64,000 bases of DNA from NCBI GenBank assembly GCA_951406725.2, contig OX597833.1:8184001-8248000 (forward strand), written 5' to 3'. Position 1 is the stretch's first letter. The number at the start of each line of letters is the position of its first letter. The position numbers and the translations under genes are program-made. Source of the stretch: Octopus vulgaris. Lineage: Eukaryota. Shown piece after piece: positions 53,540-64,000 of this stretch. The notes below the pieces were generated by a model. It had not been told where the DNA came from, searched no databases, and worked only from the letters and a program-made list of their open reading frames with translations.

Positions 53540-54300
53540 CAGGTGACCAGTCAGGATTGGTTTTGGGATGTCTGCACAGCAGCAGCATCTCAGGTGAGAG
53601 AGCAGCACTCCATTGTGGACCTTACCTGAGTAATTATTTGGGGTTGAAGTATTTTGTGGCCTTAAAGAAATGGGCCCAGTTTTGGGATTGTGATCTTGAT
53701 AGGAGAAATCTTCCCTCATAACAAGGCCCAACATTTGGGGTCCAGTTAAATGCTGCTTGTTTTTATTTGCTGTCAAAAGAGAGAAGAATGGCCAGGCCCC
53801 ACTGGAAGATGCTTTTGAGGTTTCTGTTTCTGGCATCAGTGTGGGTTTGGTGTGTGGTGTCTGGGGTGGGAGTGGATGGTTGGGGAATGTTACCGAGGTA
53901 TTGAAGGGTTGTGTCATCTGTGTAAGAGTAGGGTTCGTGGAATGTTGTGGCAATATAAGTCATTGATGTAGAAAGGGAAGAAAGTGAGGGAGAAAACTGA
54001 ACCTTGGGGCATGCCAGAGTCGGTAGAAAGAATGAGATCTGCATATTCCATGGCAGTGTGATCCGATAGGATGTTATTGATCCAAGAGATAAGAGATGGG
54101 TGGAGTTTGTAGACAAAAAGTTCCGATGGTCGAATGGTTTGCTTGGTAAACATGGTCAAAGACTTTGGCTGGTTTCCAAAGCAGCAATATTGCTTCCACT
54201 GAACTTCAAAGAGTCCAATGGTGAGTGAGAGAAGAGAAAGGGTCTTTGATGGATCTGCCTTTAGGGAAACCATCTGAGTGGTTGTTAAAGAAAGATTCCA
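53540..54300 (-). mobile_element. CR1/L2-group LINE RT remnant
   Basis: SWINNILSD, SGMPQGSVFSLTFF..YINDL and YTDDTTL motifs, frameshifted. Confidence 0.75.
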
Positions 54301-54992
54301 AATGTTGTTGGTTCCCTGGTTATTTTTAAGACATCAGAAAGGAAACAGAAACCCATTGGATGTCTCTTCTGTCCCCTCCAGCCAATATTTATCACCCTTA
54401 TCGTGTCTGGGTCTTCAGATAATATTCACCATTGTTTTACATTGTTTTCCCTAAAACTGCACCCTGCCCGGTCATGTGACCTCTCTGATCACCCATGACT
54501 CCCAAGGGACTCTTGATGTGTTGCACGACCTGCTAGAAACAGCAACCAAATCTCCCTCAAATCACATCCCACCATTTAAGGATGGACATGTTAGATACTG
54601 TAGTACTTGGTTTTCTGTACATAAGCTGGGATGGTCATAGTTGGAATTTCTTTAAACATAAGTCGCTTAGATCAAGGCTGACCTGGGGCTAAACAGTAAT
54701 TTTTATTTCACAACAGCATGTTCCCTTCCAACACTGTGTGTGTTTTACAACTAATTCTGTTTGAACTCCTTACACATACAAAACCAGTGATCACACCTCT
54801 ACATGGTATTTTGATTTGCTAAAAATAACAACCAAATCTCCTTTAAATCACACCCCACTGTCTCAGAAAACATGTTAGGTAATGTGGTCCTAGATTATGA
54901 GGAAAAGGACAGGATGGTCACAGCTGGAATGTCTTTGATTATAGGTCTGCTTGACCAAGGCTAGCCTAGGACTAAAGAACTATTAATGGACA

Positions 54993-55042
<50 letters not shown>

Positions 55043-55157
55043 TTATCATATTTTATATAATTTACTTTAAACTTTTTCATGAGTAAATTAATTTATAACT
55101 TTTTTCAAAAATTCATCTTTCTATTTTCCTTTTTTTCTCAAAAATTGATATTTTTAG

Positions 55158-55343
55158 CTGTGCGAGAGGATCGAACCCCTGGAGGCAAACATCGACACAA
55201 ACGGCGCAGAGTGGAAAACATTATTGCAGAGAACGATGATGGAGGTGGCGGAGGTGGTGGTGGTGGTGGCACTTCAAGGAACCACGACACGTTACTGGAG
55301 AGGGTGATCAGTGCAGCACCCGACAGGTTACCAAAAACAGAAG
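55158..55343 (+). CDS. Nuclear receptor exon 2 (C-terminal extension AVREDRTPGGKHRHKRRR, poly-Gly hinge)
   Basis: Acceptor tttttag at 55157; G+CT gives Ala, continuing MKRD-AVREDR; donor G|GTGAG after 55343 (phase 1). Confidence 0.93.
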
Positions 55344-55575
55344 GTGAGCTTAGGGGTCGGTGGGGGAATAATGAATGGTCAGTTGTAGGTCCTAGAGGGT
55401 GTGTTGTATGGGTACAGCAGTGTAGAGTGAGGTACCCTGGTGTGTGTGGTGGAGGTAGTGTTATTAGCAAGTGGTTACACTTGAGGTAGAAAAGGCCAGT
55501 TCCCCCAGAAGGAAGCATGTTGTTGAGGGTTTTGAGGCTTTGGTACAAATTCTGTTTTCTTCAAATACATTTTAA

Positions 55576-55828
55576 CCCTTTCATTACTTAGCATGGAAAG
55601 CGGACGTTAAACGATGATGATGATTTATTTTGAGATGTTCTGTGTTTCTTTCAGTTACATTAAATATAACAAAGAATTTAGTAAAATAACTTACTTATCA
55701 CTAAGCTAGTGTTAAGAACATAAATTGTGACTAAGGTTTGGTGGAAGATTTTAGTTAAAAACCTATGAAAACAAGATATTTGTACTACAGAGCCAGACCG
55801 GTTTCAGCTGGGTTAGTAATGAAAAGGG
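55576..55828. mobile_element. piggyBac-like MITE (TTAA TSD) with a nested ~35-bp RTE tail
   Basis: TTAA|CCCTTTCATTACTA ... TAGTAATGAAAAGGG|TTAA. Related degenerate copies at ~16455-16650, 57590-57805, 57903-58113 and 60840-61025. Confidence 0.75.
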
Positions 55829-56379
55829 TTAAATTATTTGTGGAACGGTGGGTCTTGAAGCAATTAAATGTATAAATCGAAGCCTGTACATGGCCTGGCT
55901 CTCTGTCAGTTGCAACAAGTGTTCCATGCAAGTGGCTGAGTACTCCACAGAGTGGACCCTTAACATAGTTCTCAGGGAGACTCAGTGTGACACGGTCGGT
56001 CCTTTGACTCACAAGTACTTATTTCTGCCAGCCCCGAGTGGACTGGAGCATTGTGAAATAAAGTGTCAAGGACGCAATGCACCGGTGGGAATTGAACTCG
56101 TGATTTGACAGTTGTGAGCTGAAAACCTCTTACCACTAAACCACACACTTAAAAACCCTTTAGAGAGAAAAAGTTGATGGCTGTTCATGGGACTTGAACT
56201 CACGACTCCTGTAGACTTAACAATCGTATTTATTGCTTTATCTGCTTTGAATTTCACTGTCCCCCCCACAAAAATATTTCACGCTCTCTCGAAGTTTTTA
56301 AATTCTTTTGATGTCAGCATTATGTTTTGTTGTTTTATTATTATTTTTTTTTATAATGACGACTTCTCTCCCTTTATAG

Positions 56380-56487
56380 AAATCTTTGCTGGTGAAGTTA
56401 AGATTTGTAACCTGACAGGAAATGAACTTCTTCAGTGTGGTTATCTTGAGTTGAAGTACATCATTGATTGGGCCAAGAAAGTACCAG
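56380..56487 (+). CDS. Nuclear receptor exon 3 (LBD helix 3, ELKYIIDWAKKVPG)
   Basis: Acceptor cctttatag at 56379; LBD signature WAKxxPGF is split by donor G|GTAAC after 56487. Confidence 0.9.
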
Positions 56488-56556
56488 GTAACACACACAC
56501 ACTCACACACATCATCATTTGTCTTCCTCATCGTTCTGATGTCCCCTTTTTCATAA

Positions 56557-56853
56557 TCTTTATATATAAAATTGAAGTTGTGTGTGTGAGACTCTGTCTC
56601 CTCCGATTTAGATTCCTAACTACTCCCACATTTTGCGGTGCAGTTTAACCAAAACCGGGTATCTTATAGTCGTGATTCATATCGAGCCCTCCTGGGTATT
56701 AGCACATGTCTACGATGGGTCTACGATTTAAAAAAAAATTTACCATAATTTTTAATGATTTTTGCTCGGGCTATATAAGGGAAGTAACTCTCTAAAAATG
56801 CTTATATAGTTATTTCCCTTACAAATCCAAGCAACGCCGGGCGATACTGCTAG
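56557..56853 (+). mobile_element. Non-autonomous Helitron (same family), in the NR intron after coding exon 3
   Basis: A|TCTTTATATATAAA...gcaacgccgggcgatactgCTAG|T; highly similar to 27757-28151. Confidence 0.85.
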
Positions 56854-56899
56854 TTCTGAAATATAGGATGACCATGAAGTCTGCATACCTAGGAAATGT

Positions 56900-57160
56900 C
56901 CCTAATATTCTTGTGGAATGGGCTCTTCGATCACCAGGTGTTTGTCCCCTTCACTTCTTTTACTGGGTTAAGATAAAGGAGTTTTACTCAATGGGAACCA
57001 CGGATATAAATCATCTGAAGGAATACATTGTTAATGAATGGGGGTAGGAATTGATGGGAACCTGGGGTTGGTGCATCAGGTTGGGATGAATCTTACAAAA
57101 GTGCATCCAACTTTGCATCAGTGATGATGGAAACCACATCAGAAATGTTATTCATTAATG
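56900..57160 (+). pseudogene. Degraded Tc1/mariner transposase C-terminal remnant
   Basis: EWALRSPGVCPLHFFYW resembles the WPPRSPDLxPxDFFLW motif. Confidence 0.5.
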
Positions 57161-58254
57161 GAGTTCAGGGTTTCTCATCCGAGGTCCACATGATCTTTGG
57201 GGGGGGAGGGTCATATAAAATCTTGTTATTGACATTTATCGGCAATAAATTACTTCTACTTCTACAAAACAAAATATTTTAACAATTTTTTAAATTACAA
57301 TTCCTAATATTTAATTAATAAAATTGAATGTTTTTTTTTATACACCAAATGGCTATGGAGGTCCAGTAGAATAAAATAGGAAAAGGGTCCTTAGGCCAAA
57401 AAATGGTTGAGAACCACTTCTGTAGTTGGAAAAATTATTGAAAATATGTATTTTTGCCGCCTTTGTATTGAGACTTTAGAGTCAGCCTATAGAATCCAGA
57501 TGTTTTAGTTAAGGTTAATTTTAAGTAAAAAAGACGATCCTGAGATAGAATAAGATTACAATTTTTTTTCATTTCTCATCTCATTTTCGGAAATATAAAA
57601 TACTGACATTTCTTTTCTGCTTAAATTAATTTTGAAGATAATGAAGAATTTAGTAAAAGACTTTCTCCTTATCAAACTGGTGTCTTAAATATAAACTGAC
57701 ACAGAATTTGGATGGAAAAGGTTTTAATTTAGGTCATTTTAAAACAGGAAGTTTGTATGATAAAATTAGGGACAGTGTCAGGGAGACGGATGTCCAAAGG
57801 GTTACTGCTCCCTGTATTATGTTAACCCCACTCTGCTGTCTGCATCAAATATGTTGACCCTATTCTAGAAAATATATATATGTATATACATCGGATTAAC
57901 TATTAACCCGTTTGTTGACTTGTCTCTGTTAAAATACGTCTTTTGTTTCTATTAATTTTGAAAATAGTTGAAGTCAGTAAAATCCCCCTCATTGTTTTAA
58001 ACTGGAACATAAATGAATGGGATTCTGATGAAAGCTTTTAATTTGTTTTCAATAAAGAAGTCTGTATCGTGGATGCTGGGGCAGTCTCAGGGGAACCAAT
58101 GTCAAAACGGTTAATAATCCACTAAATTAGTGTCTTATTTTAATTACTGGTGCCTTCCAAATGGTACGAGTCTTGTACTCTTCCCCCCCCCCCCTTGACT
58201 GTGTAGTGAAAGTTCAAAACAACCTTAATTCTTTGTTCTTTTATTCCCTGCCAG

Positions 58255-58339
58255 GATTTCGAGATTTATGTATCACAGACCAGACAGCTCTGTTGAAATC
58301 CTCGTTCATGGAGTTGAGTGTTCTTCGTCTGTCGTACAG
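58255..58339 (+). CDS. Nuclear receptor exon 4 (GFRDLCITDQTALLKSSFMELSVLRLSYR)
   Basis: Acceptor ccctgccag at 58254; completes the PGFxxLxxxDQxxLL signature; donor AG|GTAGG after 58339 (phase 2). Confidence 0.94.
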
Positions 58340-58831
58340 GTAGGCCACTGGTTCTGTTTTCTGGTAAAAACTGTCAGTTTATATTGTTTCTAACGGATAT
58401 GTCATTCTGGAACATTCTCTGATTTGGATAATTCTTTCTGACCTGTCTGTACAACCGAGGTCTTTATATCTACTGGAACCAGTCTCCAGTCTCTGTCTCT
58501 GTTTTCTTATGCTACCAGCGTCATTCTAAATATTATGACTAGTCTTAATGACCGCTAAGATCAGTTTATTACCCTGCTATGTTACATAGGAATTGTCATG
58601 GTTTACCATTTGTCCGGTGGCGCTCCTAGCAAGGACCTGCCATCCTGGAGACTGACCGGTCAAGACATAAAAATGGATCCAGGTGGAAACAGTCCTCACC
58701 TGCCAATATTTTCATTGTAACAAAGAAGCCCTAACCAAACTTCAAAGTGACCCTTTAAAATTCCACTCAGGCCCCTTTTCTTGTAATATTCCAATTTAAT
58801 TATTTCCTTTCTCTGTTATTTATTGCCACAG

Positions 58832-59019
58832 GTCAATGGGAATGGACAATGTGATAAAGTTTGCTGAAGGTTTGCTCGTTCCAATCAACTATGCTACCAA
58901 CATGGGTTGGGGCAACGAACTCATCAATGCCTCTGTCGAGTTCTCCCTCTGTCTCAAAAGTATCCACCTTGACCACTCAGAATTTTGTATTCTCAATGCT
59001 CTCGTCTTAACATATCCAG
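58832..59019 (+). CDS. Nuclear receptor exon 5 (LBD to LDHSEFCILNALVLTYP)
   Basis: Acceptor ttgccacag at 58831, phase 2 matches; LDxxEFxxLxALVL motif; donor G|GTGAGT after 59019. Confidence 0.93.
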
Positions 59020-59662
59020 GTGAGTAATCACACCCAAATGTTGCTTTTTTTATTTTTTAAATTTCCTTTTCTTTCCCTTACATATTACTTACCTGGACTG
59101 AGATCCTTTTGACCAGCCACTCCTCCTGGTCAGTAGTCTAATGTCCCCTTTTCCATGCTCACATGAGTTTCATGGAATTCAGTGAGGCAGACTTTCCTGT
59201 TGCCATTCCTCACCTGTTTTTTACAAACAAGAAGACCAAACACGTGTGTGTGATGGGCTTCTTTCAGTTTCCATCTACCAAATTCTCTCCCTGGGCTTGT
59301 ATCAGCCAAGGGTTTTAGTCAAAGACACTTGTCCAAGGTGCCAAACAGTTTGGTTTTGTGAAATTTACATGATTGGGAAAGCAAACTTCTGACCCAAACA
59401 GCCAAATTAAACTCAAAAGGTTTGTAACAGTCCTGAGCAAACTGCAGCCCACGGGGCTTTCTGAATGCCATGTCTAATGAAGAATGACCTTGAATTCTTG
59501 TCTTTTAGTTGTATGGCTTACCTGATGATGAACCAGGTCCCATGCAGCCTGTTTCTTGTCAAAGGTTGCTTGTGCCTAGTTTATAATCTAAGAATTCATT
59601 TCACCCCCACCTGTCCCATAGCAAATCTCATTTCTTTTTTTCATTCCTTCTCTCTGTTGCAG

Positions 59663-59898
59663 ATGCCTCAGGTGTCCAAGACAAACAGAAGGTTGCTGCC
59701 ATGCAGACGAGGATCCTCGACACGTTGCGACGCTATGTCTCCAAGAAATACTCCAGTGACCTCCAGCGTTATGGCAAGATGCTGCTACGGCTGCCAGCCC
59801 TTCGCACCCTCAGCGCCAAAGCTGCCGAACGTTTCCTCTCACTGACCCTGGAGGGTAGTTTCCACATTAACGAACTTGTGTCCCAAATGATCAGCTGA
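59663..59898 (+). CDS. Nuclear receptor terminal coding exon 6 (H9-H12, RYGKMLLRLPALR...ELVSQMIS*)
   Basis: Acceptor tctctgttgcag at 59662; G+AT gives Asp (YPD); RXR-like LLRLPALR dimerisation box; stop TGA at 59896-59898. Exon lengths 580+186+108+85+188+236 sum to 1383 nt, in frame. Confidence 0.94.
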
Positions 59899-62269
59899 TG
59901 GACGCTGACCCTTGACCACTTTAACAACCACCACCACCACCATCATCACTCCCCCAACACCATGACCACCACCACTTGGTTTAATGGTTGTGTCAGGAAT
60001 GTCCTTTTTATTTTCACTCAAAACAAAATCATTGACTTTATCCCCCCCCCCCGGTTTCTTTCTTTTGTTCATTGCTAAAACTTTAGCCAAATCTTTGTCA
60101 TTTTAATTAACCCTGGGCTGGATGCTGTTCAAGGGACAGGCACATGCATCTAATTAACATACATTATTTAGGTATCTCACAGATTTTTTCAGATTAACAA
60201 AGATTGTTTGTTTTTGTCGTAGTTCTGTTATTTATTTGCTTAATTAAGCTGACAGAGTCGTTAGCAAATTGGACAAACTGCTTAGCAAGCATTTCTCCCG
60301 GCTCTTTACATTCTGAGTTCAAATTCCACCAAGGTCGGCTTTTAACTTTCATTCTCACAGGGCCTTGGGCCAAAACTGGAAGCCTTCATTATTAGTTTTT
60401 TGCAGTCAAATAACATAGAACCAGGGAGGGAGGGGGTGTCAGTGTAACCCTGACCCCTCCCCTCTAAAATTGCTGGATTCGAAAATATTAACCTTGGTTT
60501 CAAAATTCTGGCACAAGGCCAGCAATTTCGGATGTGTGGTTTTAAGTTGAAAACATTGATCCCCAGTACTTAACTGGTACTTATTAAAGGAAGAAAGGCA
60601 AAGCTGACCTTGCTTGCATTTGAACCCAGAACGTAAATACCAACGAAATGCTGGACGAAATGGTCCAATGTTGCAGGGGTCGGTTTTGGGGGTCAATAAA
60701 ACAAATACCAGTTGTGCACTGGGGCTTGTCCCCTTGCAATAAAATGTCGAGCCTTTTGCCATTATTGTTAATGGTTGAACACCATTATCAACCTGAGACG
60801 GATCACAGCAGCCACTCATAAAGATGTATCTTGACAGCTTCATTAACAATATTTTCTAATGAGATTAATTTCCCGTGTTATAAATTTCTTTTAAAAAAAT
60901 AATCAAGAGTTTGGAGAGATTTAGTAAAATAATTAACGTTTTCTTAATTACTCAACTAATTGGAATATAATTCCCCTCAAACCATAATGGAAGGTTTTAG
61001 CCAGAGGAATGTTATGAGGTTAAGGGGTTTGACTACAGACTGAAATGTCACAGGTTCAATCCTTTCTGCTGTCACTGAATTTGTATAGCAAGGGACATAA
61101 CTCTGCTGGCTCCAGTTTCTTAGTAGGAAGCTTCAAGGGTGGCAAGGAAGGAAGGACGACAATTCACTGGGGCCAACAACTGAAGCCTTAGGGAATTGGG
61201 ACAAAAGAAAAAATAATATACTACAGGTGAGTATGACATGCTTTCCACTAATTGGTTTTCAGGTGTCTCTGTAGTTGTGAGCAGGCACAGACACCTCAAC
61301 TCTCTCACCCTTGACTCAATGGCAGTTGGGTGGTACACCTTTACAGCTACATGGACTGGAGCAATGTGAAATGAAGTACATTGCATCACCCAGTCACAGA
61401 ATTGAACTTGGAACATTATGATTGTGAGCTGTGGACCTAAGCACAGGGACGGACCCACCCTCACATAACAGGTGTAATTAAGTTAGTGAGGTATTCAGAT
61501 CAAGAAAAAAAACCATTAGCTTAATTAGCAATCATGATGGTACAACACTTACTCTCTGACAGCAGTACAGGTTCCAACTGAGTCAGTCACCATCACTCAA
61601 ACGTGTCCTGATTATGCATCTGTCATGGGCTGCTAGATCCTGGACTTATGTATTAAATTTACGGAAATAATTAACATCAAGGTACCTGCATCAGGATTAA
61701 TTAGAGACAAGATTAAATGTAAATTAATTTCTCTCCATACAAAGAATTCCTCCAAAATCTATCGACGACAGGATCTCTAACATATTTCTCTCATGAACAC
61801 ATTTTGTTTGTTTTTGATTAAATTCAAACTTCTTCCTCAAAGAAACCCAATTTATTCCACTGTCAAACTATTTCTACAAACCAATCAATATTGTAATTAG
61901 CTAATTGGACACCTTTTAATTATTCATGTTATATCATTAGACTGCTCACATCTCACAAGGTGTCCTAATTATAACTAGGACGTCGCTCTATCATATTTAC
62001 GACATTAAACTGTAGAGAAAAGCTGGAAGGATTGGTCAAACAAACAAAGAAAACAAAAAGCCTTGCAGTATTTGTCCCAGGGTTCAAATCATGCCAAGGC
62101 CAACATTGGCGTCCTTTCAGGGATAAAACACCAGTCACACACACGGGTCAGTGGCATCAAATAACCCCTAGAAATTTAGTTCCTTATCAGTGCTGATCCA
62201 GCCATGACCATTCCAGTTTAATGTCTCCATAACTATTGTGTTTTTAAAATGGTGAGGTTACTGTTGTTT

Positions 62270-62960
62270 TTAGCAGATCAAGTTTAGCACATAGAAACTG
62301 CCAGATTGGTCCAAGTTGTTGCTTCTTCAGCAGAACAAAGAATCCCAACGCTTGTGAAAATCCCAGTCAACAAATAAAGGTGGAAGAAGCAGGGATTCAG
62401 ATTCCTCACAAGATTCTTTTTGTTGGGAGAATTCAAACGTAATTTGCTGGCATCGTATTGGCCGCCACCGAAGTGGATCCTAGAACAGCCAGCTTCCTCC
62501 AGCAGGGGTCAAACATCTGCCACAGTTCTCTTCACTTCTGTCCAATAGATTCTCATATTTCAGGTGTTCTTGGGTTTGTCCCTTTTCTCATTTTCCTTCT
62601 TCTGATCTCCACATCATTGCTATCTTTGCACGTCCAGTGGATGCCACTTGAAACTGACCCAGTGTTATAATGATGTGTACCAGCTGGAGCATCACAGCCT
62701 TGCAGAAGGATTTCTTTGTAATTCCGTCTTGGCAAGTGTCTTTGAGTGTTCTTCCATCAACACCATTGGCCAAATGTTTCTGTCCCATTTGTCGGCCACC
62801 ATTGCCATCCTCTGCAGACACAACACCTATTGTCCAGCATAATGTGAGGACATAGTGACCGCTCTGGATGGAAGCAGCAAGAGTTTGAATTGAGTGACAG
62901 ACCCAACTGGAGGAGAAATCTGAGGACGGAATGTGTGGCAGACGAAAAGCCAAGGGCCAT
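62270..62960 (-). mobile_element. Degraded RTE/BovB-like LINE remnant
   Basis: Patchy similarity to the RTE endonuclease-linker region; heavily mutated. Confidence 0.4.
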
Positions 62961-64000
62961 TGAGGAGGGGTTGTTTAAAAGATCTGCACAACTTCTGTAG
63001 ACATAGAAAAAGAACAGACATTGAATTAATCACTTTAATGAGAAAGAATTAAGCAGCAATATTTTAATGAATGAAACGAGGTATAAAATTAACATCTTTA
63101 TTTTCAAAGTTGAGATGAAAATGTAATTAAGGCACTTACAAAAAAGGTACAATAAAAGGGTTTGTCATACATGAAGAAGGAGAGCAAGATTTCAAGACTA
63201 CTTTATTCTATAGTTTCTCTAAGACACCACTAGGGGATCAAATAACGGCAGTCACCAGTGCCTAAACAAACAACCATGGATTGAACCAACAATGGTTTGG
63301 TTTAGAAACCAATGTGTTCCAGAATGGAACGTTTGGAATGCAAAAGTGGAGGGAGGGTCTTTGAAGTAAATATCAAGGGGGGGGGGAAGGGTTCTTTTAA
63401 TAAATAAATAAATAAATATGGTAGTATCCCAGCATGGCCACAACCAACAGGAATCAATAAAAGAGAAACAACAGAAAAGTGGAGAACTGTTCTTCTATGA
63501 CAGGAAACTTCTAAAGAATTCAAAACCAGAACTGTCTGAGATCAGAGACAAAAATTAAATTGTGACCTCTAAGAAAGCCTTTGCTGTTAGATTAATTACA
63601 ATTATATAAGTGTAAGGATATAAACACAATTCTTCTCTGCTACATGTGGACCCCCCCCCCAATCAAAGGGATGTCTCCTGACAGACTGTTTTACAATTGG
63701 TGGATTGCTCATCAGAGACGACATACTTCTTTTGCCTTTCCTACCCAACTGACAAGCACTTAATGGCTTGTCATTACACCAGACAGCTTAATTAAACACA
63801 ACACAGTATGTATCAGACAAACTGAATTAAATCTAAACCTATTAACCTTTGCTGTGAAATTAATCACAATTAGATAAATTAAAATATGGAAATGAAACTC
63901 CGTCTCTGCTCTTAGTTTTGTGGAAATGAATTCTTATTGAAAATATCTAAGATTCTAGTTTTACCATTATAATACAGAGAAATTCTTTATTCCTTTTATT

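Noticed and set aside
48024-59898. Calling the receptor RXR or NR4A
   Set aside because: It lacks the RXR T-box (AVQEER) and the NR4A A-box (VRTDSLKGRRGRLP); only parts resemble them.

Overview
This is eukaryotic, intron- and repeat-rich genomic DNA. The tRNA-derived SINEs, RTE LINEs and very dense microsatellites suggest an octopus-like cephalopod (inference). Two host genes are supported. The first is a six-coding-exon orphan nuclear receptor on the + strand (48024-59898; 1383-nt spliced CDS, 460 aa) with consistent GT-AG splice phases, possibly of the invertebrate NR7/NR8 type. The second is the first coding exon of a ZDHHC3/7-like palmitoyltransferase on the - strand (10434-10316), whose other exons were not found. 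The rest is transposon debris (RTE, CR1-like, HERO and Penelope-like retroelements; hAT, Tc1/mariner, piggyBac-like and Helitron DNA elements; three or more SINE families) and simple repeats that generate most of the listed ORFs. Two signals stand out. One is a 28-bp-periodic cluster of six perfect AGGTCA half-sites (two DR5, four AAAGGTCA, plus a CRE and an E-box) at 22927-23042, upstream of the receptor. The other is a set of fold-back elements inside (TA)n tracts, one with a minimal hammerhead-like core. No CRISPR or prokaryotic system is present.
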